From positions 141,531-205,530 of the forward strand of contig CAZSVP010000003.1 of the NCBI GenBank assembly GCA_964610335.1: a stretch of 64,000 nucleotides of DNA, given 5' to 3'. This DNA comes from an uncultured Candidatus Saccharibacteria bacterium (GTDB taxonomy: Bacteria; Patescibacteriota; Saccharimonadia; CAILAD01; BJGX01). A model generated the notes under the pieces. The model was not told the DNA's origin, ran no database searches, and worked only from the letters and a program-made list of their open reading frames with translations. The translations under genes were made by a program, and so were the position numbers. Shown piece by piece: positions 30,355-39,471 of the stretch (the stretch's first letter is position 1; the number at the start of each line of letters is the position of its first letter).

Positions 30355-30772
30355 GGTGACGTCGTAGTACCTTCCTGGCCATATTGGCCGTCGTCATTCG
30401 GGCCCCAATGAACTTTTTGATAATTTTACAAAATCCAAAGCGCTCCAAGCTCGCAATGGGTAATGCGTGTGTGCCAAAATGAAAAAGATCTCGGTGTGAA
30501 TCGAGATAGAAACAAACAGCTACTCTTATGTCTCTAAGTGGTTGATAGAGGGGGTGCCACTAAGCAGCCATGAGTTGTACAGCGATAGTAAAGCTCAAGC
30601 AGTAGGTTGAGCATAGAGCTTCGATGGTCAGTCTGCTGCTTGAGCTTGCTAAAACAAAAACAGACTAGTAGGCAAGCCCATAGTCTGTTTGTACACACCC
30701 TTTAACGCCGTCCCATGAGAATGGATTTTTCGGTCTCAAAATATATATATAGACCGCGGCGATTAAAGGGAG
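30355..30772 (+). ncRNA. candidate large structured non-coding RNA of unknown family
   Basis: Dense helices with G-U pairs and GNRA loops favouring +, an H-type pseudoknot, an upstream promoter and no long ORF on +. Confidence 0.6.
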
Positions 30773-30933
30773 TAGCCTGCTACCACGAGAACCTAAAAGG
30801 AGGGTGAGTTTTAGGTCGTTTGGCTCGGGTAGCAGAGTACTCCCTTCAAACAAGTGTTTGATGATTTGGTTATTACCCTCACGGTTACTAACCCCTCGCA
30901 AAGTGCACACAATTACTGTGATTACTGAATCGC
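30759..30933 (-). ncRNA. candidate ~175-nt sRNA with a C-rich apical loop
   Basis: Ends pair (GCGAUU/AAUCGC); GUGA tetraloop hairpin and G-U pairs favour -; near-consensus promoter upstream. Confidence 0.5.
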
Positions 30934-30938
30934 AAGCT

Positions 30939-30967
30939 ATACTATCACAGTACTCGTAGTTTGTCAA
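30939..30967 (-). promoter_or_regulatory. sigma70-like promoter, divergent from dprA
   Basis: TTGACA-N17-TAGTAT with extended TGn. Confidence 0.65.
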
Positions 30968-31012
30968 TACTTTTAACACAAGAAGTTTTTACAACTCTTA
31001 TGGTTACCAGAT

Positions 31013-31876
31013 ATGAACGAGAAATCAAATATACAAGAACTGTGTTTAAATAGCAAGGGCTATCCGGAACTTTTAGCCACTATAGCCGCACCACCCAAAA
31101 AATTATATCTGAGAGGCAGTATCAAAGAGCTGCCATTAATTGCAGTAGTAGGCACGCGAAAGCCCACTGAGTATGGTCGCAAACTGTGCTATCGTATTTG
31201 CTATGATCTAGCTAGTAGCGGGATTGGGATAGTAAGTGGCCTAGCTTATGGCATCGATGCCATAGCACATCAAGCCGCTCTCGATGCTCGTGGTTATACA
31301 ATAGCTGTACTAGGTAACGCAATAGACAGTATTTATCCTGCTGGTAACCAACATATAGCAGGCAATATTCTAGAATCTGCTGGGGCAATTGTCAGTGAGT
31401 ACGAGCCAGGCGCCAATACTCAGCGGTTCAACTTCCCAGCTCGTAATCGCATAATTGCTGGACTAAGTCTGGGAGTATTAATACCAGAAGCAGATGCAAA
31501 AAGCGGTAGTCTTATCACCGCCAACTTTGCCGTTCAAGAAAACCGCATGGTTATGGCAGTACCAGGTAGTATATTTAATCTACGTAGTGCTGGACCCAAT
31601 AATTTACTCAAAAGTGGTGCTAAGCCTGTGACTGATGCTACAGATGTGCTGGCCGAGTTTGAATTACGCAACCCAGCCCTGACACGCAAAGCCCCCAAGC
31701 CTGCTAGCGCTACTGAAGCACGTATAATTGAGCTTGTAGAAGATGGTACAAATACTACCGAAGAGTTACTACGCCAGCTAGAACTCACTAGCCCTGAACT
31801 TGCCCAAACCCTTAGCCTGATGGAGATCACTGGCAAACTTCGCAGCCTTGGCGCTGGGCAGTGGGTAGCTCGATAA
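31013..31876 (+). CDS. dprA: DNA-processing protein DprA
   Basis: VVGTRK, SGLAYGID, FPARNRIIAG, SGSLITA, C-terminal winged helix. Confidence 0.95.
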   Translation: MNEKSNIQELCLNSKGYPELLATIAAPPKKLYLRGSIKELPLIAVVGTRKPTEYGRKLCYRICYDLASSGIGIVSGLAYGIDAIAHQAALDARGYTIAVLGNAIDSIYPAGNQHIAGNILESAGAIVSEYEPGANTQRFNFPARNRIIAGLSLGVLIPEADAKSGSLITANFAVQENRMVMAVPGSIFNLRSAGPNNLLKSGAKPVTDATDVLAEFELRNPALTRKAPKPASATEARIIELVEDGTNTTEELLRQLELTSPELAQTLSLMEITGKLRSLGAGQWVAR

Positions 31877-31944
31877 TATTGATTGTTCGTATAAAAAGTT
31901 GTACTATCATCTGGTCCATACACGATCCCGACGAAAGGCCAAGA

Positions 31945-32280
31945 ATGTTCACCACAAAAGTTGAGGAACTCTGTCTGAGAGGCGAAGGCAAGGTGTTGTG
32001 CCACGGCACTGAAGTCCTGGACATGTTCGGACTGACCTACTTCGAAGTCGACCGACACCGGTTAGACCCAGAAGCGCGTGACCTCCTGCAAGGCTTGCTC
32101 GGTACCAGTTCCGTCCGTGGCCTCAAGATCACCCAGAACTTCGGGTCGAAACCCAACTTCAAGGTTCGGGTGTGCTTCGACAGGGTTCCGATCGATCATC
32201 TGGTGTTTGCGTTCAACGAGATCGCTCAGATGATCCAGCACCACATGCCAGAACTCGCTGGCGCGCCCGGCAGCGCCTGA
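31945..32280 (+). CDS. GC-rich orphan protein (weak resemblance to Nfu/NifU N-terminal domain)
   Basis: GAAAGG RBS then ATG 31945; codons mostly end in C/G; own terminator. Confidence 0.6.
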   Translation: MFTTKVEELCLRGEGKVLCHGTEVLDMFGLTYFEVDRHRLDPEARDLLQGLLGTSSVRGLKITQNFGSKPNFKVRVCFDRVPIDHLVFAFNEIAQMIQHHMPELAGAPGSA

Positions 32281-32326
32281 ACCACCAGGTTGCTCTGCCT
32301 CTATCCCGCCCCCATCCGACACGATT

Positions 32327-32350
32327 CCGCTCTCGGAAGAGGGCGGTTTC
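32327..32350 (+). terminator. intrinsic terminator
   Basis: CCGCTCTC-GGAA-GAGGGCGG then TTTC. Confidence 0.65.
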
Positions 32351-32433
32351 GCATTTATATTGATTATTTACGGCTAAAGTTGTATACTTGCCCAGTTCTT
32401 TGAACATAATTCGTCCTCAACCAAGGAGATCCC

Positions 32434-32907
32434 GTGGACACACTTGATACCATGGTGGCTTATCGCCACACCGGAGTGCCAGAGGCCGAGCTGGCTGAGC
32501 TCATGGAGGCAGTCAAAGTGGCTCTTGACGCCACTGGCTGGAACTGGCACTGCACCTACTGGGAAGAGGGAAACTTCCGCTCCCAGGGAGCCGGCCGGCG
32601 CGAGATCATGGACCATGCTCGTGAACAGCTCGATCAGATCAATTTCCTGATCTGCATCGTCGACAGCCCGATCGACAGCCCCGGCATGGTCTGGGAGATG
32701 GGCTACTGCCGCGCCAAGAAAATACCAATCCTGGCCTTGGTGCGTGCTGGTTGCAGCAACACCTACGGTGCCGACATGGCCGACAAGGTGGCCGAGTACG
32801 GTGAACCCTGGCAGATCGCCACTATCCTGGAGGATGTGGTGCACCATGGCGGTGCGCTCAACTACATCGCACAAGCCGGGGTAGTCCTCTACGAGTTCGA
32901 GTCATAG
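32434..32907 (+). CDS. nucleoside 2-deoxyribosyltransferase/TIR-like fold protein
   Basis: DSPGMVWEMGYCRAKKIPILAL matches the DxGxxxExGYAxAxxKP motif; AAGGAG RBS; promoter TTGATT-N17-TATACT at 32360-32388. Confidence 0.72.
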   Translation: MDTLDTMVAYRHTGVPEAELAELMEAVKVALDATGWNWHCTYWEEGNFRSQGAGRREIMDHAREQLDQINFLICIVDSPIDSPGMVWEMGYCRAKKIPILALVRAGCSNTYGADMADKVAEYGEPWQIATILEDVVHHGGALNYIAQAGVVLYEFES

Positions 32908-32960
32908 CCCGTCGCCAGCCGCGAAAATTCGTCCCAGGTGGTGACGGGTTTTCGCTTTTT
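32908..32960 (+). terminator. intrinsic terminator
   Basis: CCCGTCGCCA...TGGTGACGGG followed by a T-rich tract. Confidence 0.6.
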
Positions 32961-33064
32961 ATTGATATTAATATTTGACAACATTGTACTCACTCATATA
33001 TAGTACCGAACTTGACGCCGCTCACAATTTACTGCAACATAAGCGTTAACTACATTGATTTTAT

Positions 33065-35386
33065 ATGTCTAAAAACTTAGTAATAGTCGAATCACCAGCC
33101 AAAGCCAAGACAATTGAGAAATATCTTGGCACTGACTATCAGGTCCTCAGCTCGATGGGCCACATTCGCGATCTTCCCAAAAGTGGCATAGGCATAGATA
33201 TTGCCCATAATTTCAAACCTGAATATGAGATAAGCCCCGACAAAACTAAGACTGTCAGTGAGCTAAAGCGGGCCGCCAAAGGCAAAACCATTTGGCTAGC
33301 TACTGATGAAGACCGCGAAGGAGAGGCTATAAGCTGGCATCTGTGTTCAGCACTTGGCATCGATCCCAAAACTACCAAGCGTATCGTATTTCACGAGATC
33401 ACCAAGCCTGCTATTACTGAGGCCGTTAAATCACCACGCACAGTTGACCTAAATATGGTTGATGCCCAGCAAGCCCGACGTGTGCTTGACCGGCTAGTAG
33501 GCTACGAACTAAGTCCGGTCTTGTGGAAGAAAATTAAAACAGGCCTTAGCGCAGGTCGTGTGCAGTCAGTTGCTGTACGACTCATAGTAGAACGTGAGCG
33601 CGAAATAGAGCAATTTGCCGAAAAATCAGATTATAAGGTTACAGCTGAATTTTCTTCTAATAGTGGCGAGGTACTCAAGGCAGAGTTAAATACTAGATTC
33701 CCTGATAGCAAAACTGCTGAATCTTGGTTGAAAAAGGTAATTGGCAAGAACTTCGTACTCCAATCTGTCGAGAAAAAACCAGGTAAACGCAGCCCAGCTG
33801 CGCCATTTACTACCTCAACGCTTCAACAAGCCGCCTCGACTCGCTTAGGCTTCAGTGTGCGCCAAACTATGGTATTGGCCCAAAAACTCTATGAGGCAGG
33901 CCATATTACTTATATGCGTACTGATTCGGTCAGCCTTAGCGATCAAGCCCTCAAACAAGCTCGACAGGTTATTGAATCTGAATTTGGCAAAGATTTCTAC
34001 CTGGCGCGTCACTACAAGAACAAGTCCGCCAATGCCCAAGAGGCCCATGAGGCGATTCGACCAACAAACTTCGCAGTTGCTAAATGCGGTAATGAACCAG
34101 CCCAAATCAAACTTTACCAACTTATCCGCGCTCGTGCCCTTGGATCTCAAATGGCAGATGCCAAACTAGAGAAGACTGAAATGATCATAGTAACAGATGG
34201 TACTACAGAGAAGTTTGTTGCCAAAGGAGAGGTAATTGTGTTTGCCGGATTTCTACAAGCATATCCTAATTCTACAGGTAGAGATGACAGTATTCTACCT
34301 GATCTCAAATCTGGTGATCAGCTTAAGACTAATACAATCGTAGCCACCCAAACATATGCTCGACCATTAGCTCGCTATACTGAGGCCAGCCTGGTGCGCG
34401 AGCTCGAAAAGCGCGGCATTGGCCGACCAAGCACCTATGCACCAACCATATCCACCATCCAGACTCGTGAATACGTAACTAAATCTGAAGATATGGAAAA
34501 GCAGCGCGAGGTCACAATCCTAACCTTGCAATCTGGCAAGATCACAGTTGAGAATACCACTGAAAATTACGATACAGATCGAAACCGCCTTCGCCCAACA
34601 GATACTGGTACTGTGGTGACAGATTTTTTGGTTAAGTATTTCGCAGAAATCTTAGATTATGACTTTACCGCCAAGGTAGAGGCCGAATTTGATGATATTG
34701 CCAAAGGTGAAGAAAAGTGGCAAACCATGATAGCTGATTTTTACAAACCATTTCATAAGCTAATAGAGAGTAGTGAAGAAATCAGCCGACACGAAGCTAG
34801 CCAGGGAAGAATACTTGGAAAAGACCCAAAAAGTGGCAAGCCGGTGATAGCCAGGCTAGGCCGATATGGTGCCATGCTCCAGATAGGACAAGCTGAAGAT
34901 GAAGAAAAGCCTAAGTTCGCCCCTATGCCATCTGGCCGTAAGATAGGCGATGTTACACTTGAAGAAGCCCTGACCATGTTTAAACTACCAAGGGTAGTCG
35001 GGAAAACCGCCGAAAGTGAAGAGATTACTGCCAATATAGGACGATTTGGGCCTTACGTGAAGGTAGGTGACAGCTATGTGTCTATCAAGGACGAGGATCC
35101 ATTTAGTATCGATGAAGCAACTGCACGAAAGCTGATTATTGCCAAACGCAAAGCTGATGCCGAAAAGATTATTCAGAACTTCGAGGCAGAGAAGATACAG
35201 GTGTTGAATGGACGCTTTGGGCCCTATGTAACAGATGGCACCACCAATTCTAAAGTCCCCAAAGATCAAGACCCTAAGAAACTCAAACTCAAAGACTGCC
35301 AAGCTATGCTTGAGGAAGCACGTAACAAGCCGACTAAAGGTCGTCGATTTGCCCCAAAGGGTACCAAAAAAGCCACCAAAAAATAG
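33065..35386 (+). CDS. topA: DNA topoisomerase I
   Basis: VESPAKAKTI, DEDREGE, SAGRVQS, ITYMRTDS; C-terminal GRFGPY repeats instead of Zn ribbons. Confidence 0.97.
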   Translation: MSKNLVIVESPAKAKTIEKYLGTDYQVLSSMGHIRDLPKSGIGIDIAHNFKPEYEISPDKTKTVSELKRAAKGKTIWLATDEDREGEAISWHLCSALGIDPKTTKRIVFHEITKPAITEAVKSPRTVDLNMVDAQQARRVLDRLVGYELSPVLWKKIKTGLSAGRVQSVAVRLIVEREREIEQFAEKSDYKVTAEFSSNSGEVLKAELNTRFPDSKTAESWLKKVIGKNFVLQSVEKKPGKRSPAAPFTTSTLQQAASTRLGFSVRQTMVLAQKLYEAGHITYMRTDSVSLSDQALKQARQVIESEFGKDFYLARHYKNKSANAQEAHEAIRPTNFAVAKCGNEPAQIKLYQLIRARALGSQMADAKLEKTEMIIVTDGTTEKFVAKGEVIVFAGFLQAYPNSTGRDDSILPDLKSGDQLKTNTIVATQTYARPLARYTEASLVRELEKRGIGRPSTYAPTISTIQTREYVTKSEDMEKQREVTILTLQSGKITVENTTENYDTDRNRLRPTDTGTVVTDFLVKYFAEILDYDFTAKVEAEFDDIAKGEEKWQTMIADFYKPFHKLIESSEEISRHEASQGRILGKDPKSGKPVIARLGRYGAMLQIGQAEDEEKPKFAPMPSGRKIGDVTLEEALTMFKLPRVVGKTAESEEITANIGRFGPYVKVGDSYVSIKDEDPFSIDEATARKLIIAKRKADAEKIIQNFEAEKIQVLNGRFGPYVTDGTTNSKVPKDQDPKKLKLKDCQAMLEEARNKPTKGRRFAPKGTKKATKK

Positions 35387-35484
35387 TTGACCAAAACAAC
35401 TTTCGATGATATAATTGGGTGAGTAATTGATGCCAACAGATGGGATTCATCGAGGCATCACATTTATTTTTCACCATAAACACT

Positions 35485-36516
35485 ATGAAACAGTCAACTA
35501 ATCTAGATCGCGCAGCCCTGAGCAATGCGATTGAACACAATCTCAAATTACTCAAGAAAGATCGCGACCGCGAGGTATTGCGTCGTCGTCACGGCGTGGC
35601 TGCTTCTGGTCAGAATCAGACTCTTGAGCAAATTGGACAAGAGTTGGGAATAACTCGTGAACGAGTACGCCAGATAGAAAAGGCTGCTACCAACCGTATC
35701 CGCCAAAACCACAATTCACAGACTGATGTACACAATCAGATTGATGAAGTGCTGGCAAATTACGGTGGAGTGATGTGTTTTGGTGATCTTTGTACTGAAT
35801 TAAACCTAGATGAAGCTGACCAAGCCCACCTAGCACTTATCCTTAAGCTAAACCCTAATATTGGTTGGTACGACGAGCAACAATACGCTATACCATTGGT
35901 TGTGATCAATGACAGTTTTAGCGAAAGCGATATTATGGCTTTGCACGATGACTTGATTAGTACTATGACTGAACTCAAAAAGCCAGCTAAGTTTAGCACA
36001 GTTGCTGCCCGTATAGATGGTCCACATCAGGAGTCTACTTTGCAACAGATAGCTTTGGCCTCTACTAAGATTTCGAATTTTGAAGATAATTGGGGACTAA
36101 GTAAATGGCCAGAAGTTAACCCTAAAAGTATTCGAGATAAGATATTTCTAGTACTTAAAAAAGCTGGCCGACCAATGCACTTTACCGAAATTGCCAATAA
36201 CATAGGTAAGCTCAAAGCCAACCCCAAAAAAGTTACGACGCAAGCTGTGCACAACGAGCTTATCAAAGATAAGCGTTTTGTCTTGATAGGGCGTGGCATC
36301 TATGCTCTTACGGAATGGGGCTATCAGGCCGGCACTGTTGCTGATATTATAGAAGAAGTGCTACGCGAGAGCTCGCCACTGAGCCGCGATGAGATAATCC
36401 GTCGTGTACTGGCCCGACGTCAGGTCAAAGCTAGCACAATTGTACTCAATTTGCAGGAGAAACCTCAATTTGAGCGAGTCGACAAAGGCGTATACCAACT
36501 GAGTACACGGCAGTAA
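35485..36516 (+). CDS. sigma70 region-4 plus HARE-HTH domain protein
   Basis: TLEQIGQELGITRERVRQIE; QAVHNELIKDKRFVLIGRGIYALTEWGY. Confidence 0.8.
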   Translation: MKQSTNLDRAALSNAIEHNLKLLKKDRDREVLRRRHGVAASGQNQTLEQIGQELGITRERVRQIEKAATNRIRQNHNSQTDVHNQIDEVLANYGGVMCFGDLCTELNLDEADQAHLALILKLNPNIGWYDEQQYAIPLVVINDSFSESDIMALHDDLISTMTELKKPAKFSTVAARIDGPHQESTLQQIALASTKISNFEDNWGLSKWPEVNPKSIRDKIFLVLKKAGRPMHFTEIANNIGKLKANPKKVTTQAVHNELIKDKRFVLIGRGIYALTEWGYQAGTVADIIEEVLRESSPLSRDEIIRRVLARRQVKASTIVLNLQEKPQFERVDKGVYQLSTRQ

Positions 36517-36571
36517 TAGACGCCTAAATAGTCCTCGTATAACTGAGTCGTAGTCTGCATAATACACCACC

Positions 36572-39310
36572 ATGCAAGAATTTTTTTCAATTATCGCCAA
36601 TATTATCAACCTGCTTGGTACTGTTTTGTTCCGCTACTGGGGCTGGACTGTCGTAGCAGCTATTCTGGCGTATTTAATCTGGCAGAATCGGCGTAAAATC
36701 GAATATGTAAGTACCAGTGAGCACATACTTTTACAGATAATTGTGCCTAAGAACAACGAGCAAAAAGAGCTCAACGCCGAACAAATGTTTGCCGCTCTGC
36801 ATGGGATACTGCGCCCGAGCGCTGAAATACAAAAAGAAGGCAGTATCCAAGAACACATCAGTTTTGAAATAGCAGCACAAGGCAACAAGATACATTTCTA
36901 TGTGTGGACCCCAAAGCACCTCAAGTCATTTGTAGAAAGCCAGGTTTACGCACAGTATCCAACAGTTCAGATCTATGAAATGGACCAAGACTATGCAGTA
37001 ACCGCGCTGAACAACCGAGTACCATATAGCACAGATCTAGTTCTCACCAAAGACGAAATATTTCCTATCAAAACATTCCCTAGTTTTGAAGTAGATCCAC
37101 TAGCAGGCATGACCACGGCATTGGCCTCACTTAGTGAGCAAGAAGAAATGTGGATACAGGTACTATTGAGACCGACTGACGATAGTTGGCACAAAAAGTC
37201 ACTGAATTACGTTGAAGAGATCCGTACTGGCAAGAAGAATGTATCCCTTTCTCAACTGTTACTCGGCGACTGGAAAAAAAAGTTGGTACAGGCGCCATTT
37301 GCATTCTTGGGTGCCTTGTTTAACGCTGCCTTCAAACCTGTTGGTGGTGGCGACAAGAAAGATGAAAAGAAAGAAAAGAAGGAGCTTAGTCCAGGTACTA
37401 CTACCATGCTAACTGCTGTTGAAACTAAGGCCGAAAAGCTTGGTTATGAAACACGAATTCGAGCAATGTATCTTGGTACCAGCGACGACAACGCCAAAAC
37501 TCGTATACAAGCGTTGGTTGGTGGTTTTAAGCAGTTTAATACAATCAACCTCAATGGTTTCACCAACGATGGCATCCACGCTGGTGAAGAAGGGTTACGG
37601 GACTATCGAGCACGATTGTTCGACAGTAAAGGGTACGTGCTCAATATCGAAGAAGTAGCTAGTCTTTACCATTTGCCCCATGTCTCGGTTGAGACTCCTG
37701 GAGTTGCATATACCAATACCAAAGTGGGGGAGCCTCCAGCCAATCTGCCAACACAGCTCAACACACCACCCGAAGCCCTTAGCTTAATCGGCAGTACCAA
37801 TTTCCGACAAGCCAATATCAAGTTTGGTATCAAGCGCACTGATCGCAAACGTCATCTATACATAGTAGGTAAAAGTGGCGTAGGTAAGTCATTCTTGCTT
37901 GAGCTACTTGCAATTTCTGACCTATACCACAATCAAGGCTTTGCAGTAGTTGACCCACATGGTGACTTTGCCCAAAACATCATGAAGTATTTGCCTAAAG
38001 AGCGTATTGACGATGTTGTTTACTTCAACCCAGCTGACACTGAATTTCCTATTGGATTTAATCCAATGGAAGTCCAAGATGAATTCAGACGAAACAATAT
38101 AGCCTCTGAGATCATAGGTGTACTTAAGAAAATGTTTGGTGATAGCTGGGGACCACGCCTTGAACATATTCTTCGTTTTACACTACTGGCACTACTTGAG
38201 AGCCCTGATAGTACCATGCTAGGCATCACACGTATGCTTACCGATAAGAAATATCGCAATGAAGTAGTCAAAAACGTTACCGACCCTGTAGTAAAAGCCT
38301 TCTGGGTCAATGAGTTTGCCGCCTGGAACGACAAGTTTGCCTCTGAAGCTGTGGCTCCAGTATTGAACAAAGTCGGTGCATTTACGGCCAACCCACTAAT
38401 TCGTAATGTAATTGGTCAGACCAAGAGTACGTTTAATATACGTGAGATGATGGACCAAGGTAAGATCTTAATAGTTGATCTCAGCCGAGGCCGCATTGGT
38501 GAAGACAACGCAGGTATCTTAGGCGCATTACTAATTACCAAGATTCAACTCGATGCCATGAGTCGTGCTGACATAGGTGATATAGAAGCCCGTCGACCAT
38601 TCTATCTATATGTTGATGAATTTCAGAATTTTGCGACCGAAAGTTTTGCAGTTATTCTTTCTGAAGCTCGTAAATACGGCCTATTCCTCACTATTGCTAA
38701 CCAGTACATTGCCCAAATGCCGGAAGAAGTACGTGATGCCGTATTTGGTAACGTTGGTTCCATGATATCATTCCGCGTTGGCGCCGATGATGCCGACTAC
38801 CTTACCAAGTATTTTGAACCGGTATTCGAAGCTGCAGACCTTACCAATCTAGGTATACAAAACATCTATGTCACTATGAGTATAGATGGTGAAACCTCCC
38901 AGCCGTTCTCAGCCAAGACACTACACCGACCAGAGTCTCAGCAAGATCTGACAGCAACAATCATTGAGCACTCACGCCATCGCTACACCAAATCAAAAGC
39001 CGAGGTGGAAGCCGAGATAGTAGCCTGGAGCGGATTTAGTTCAGGAAGTGACGACTCTAAACAGTCAACTCACGATACTGGTGGCCACGACAAACCAACT
39101 GATCAGCCCAAAGAACCACTTATACCTGTGGTAGATCATAAACCGAACTTAATTGGCGTAGAGCCCAAAAAATATTCTGAGGAATACAAAAAACGCGCCC
39201 CTCGTGCACAAGGGCAAGGCTCGAACCGACAACAAAGCAGTAACAAAAACGAATCCGGCAAGAGCTCAAATAATCGTCGCAGACGGCCAAGAAACCGCAA
39301 TAGTAAGTAA
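36572..39310 (+). CDS. membrane-anchored DUF87/TraD-VirD4-like P-loop ATPase
   Basis: RHLYIVGKSGVGKS, VDPHGD, YVDEFQNF, EARKY, ANQY. Confidence 0.85.
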   Translation: MQEFFSIIANIINLLGTVLFRYWGWTVVAAILAYLIWQNRRKIEYVSTSEHILLQIIVPKNNEQKELNAEQMFAALHGILRPSAEIQKEGSIQEHISFEIAAQGNKIHFYVWTPKHLKSFVESQVYAQYPTVQIYEMDQDYAVTALNNRVPYSTDLVLTKDEIFPIKTFPSFEVDPLAGMTTALASLSEQEEMWIQVLLRPTDDSWHKKSLNYVEEIRTGKKNVSLSQLLLGDWKKKLVQAPFAFLGALFNAAFKPVGGGDKKDEKKEKKELSPGTTTMLTAVETKAEKLGYETRIRAMYLGTSDDNAKTRIQALVGGFKQFNTINLNGFTNDGIHAGEEGLRDYRARLFDSKGYVLNIEEVASLYHLPHVSVETPGVAYTNTKVGEPPANLPTQLNTPPEALSLIGSTNFRQANIKFGIKRTDRKRHLYIVGKSGVGKSFLLELLAISDLYHNQGFAVVDPHGDFAQNIMKYLPKERIDDVVYFNPADTEFPIGFNPMEVQDEFRRNNIASEIIGVLKKMFGDSWGPRLEHILRFTLLALLESPDSTMLGITRMLTDKKYRNEVVKNVTDPVVKAFWVNEFAAWNDKFASEAVAPVLNKVGAFTANPLIRNVIGQTKSTFNIREMMDQGKILIVDLSRGRIGEDNAGILGALLITKIQLDAMSRADIGDIEARRPFYLYVDEFQNFATESFAVILSEARKYGLFLTIANQYIAQMPEEVRDAVFGNVGSMISFRVGADDADYLTKYFEPVFEAADLTNLGIQNIYVTMSIDGETSQPFSAKTLHRPESQQDLTATIIEHSRHRYTKSKAEVEAEIVAWSGFSSGSDDSKQSTHDTGGHDKPTDQPKEPLIPVVDHKPNLIGVEPKKYSEEYKKRAPRAQGQGSNRQQSSNKNESGKSSNNRRRRPRNRNSK

Positions 39311-39443
39311 AGACTTGCTAAGTGGTAAGAAGTTTTAGTAAACAAATAGAGTCAATATATAGACGACAGGGCTAAACTGCTTATGCTAGGCAATAGTATA
39401 GTAGTGAAGATGGTGTAACATACATGATTGGCTATGTATTGCT

Positions 39444-39471
39444 TAGTCGCACAATGTATATTTTACGTACT
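39444..39471. other. candidate dif (Xer) chromosome dimer resolution site
   Basis: TAGTCGCACAA-TGTATA-TTTTACGTACT; central hexamer identical to E. coli dif; imperfect inverted arms; located where gene orientation converges. Confidence 0.5.

Noticed and set aside
30658-30690. GACTA...TAGTC resembling group I intron P7
   Set aside because: Only 13 nt separate the strands, leaving no room for P3'/P8, so it is a simple hairpin
30458-30878. Long-range GGGTAAT/ATTACCC pairing that would unite both RNAs
   Set aside because: 7-bp complements are expected by chance in 600 nt, and it competes with a better local hairpin
30353-30979. tmRNA on the minus strand: the 104-aa ORF ends ...DYGLAY-stop inside a hairpin, and ...GUCACCA occurs at about 30353
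   Set aside because: No T-arm and no G3-U70 alanine acceptor stem; the main helices would carry A-C mismatches on this strand; the ORF's start lies upstream of the predicted transcript
32991-33006. NrdR-box-like CACTCATATATAGTAC upstream of topA
   Set aside because: Single copy missing the conserved left-half C; explained by the -10 of a TTGACA-N18-TATAGT promoter
36572-39310. TraD/VirD4-like ATPase as evidence of a conjugative element
   Set aside because: No relaxase, VirB genes or integrase nearby; such proteins are common chromosomal genes in CPR
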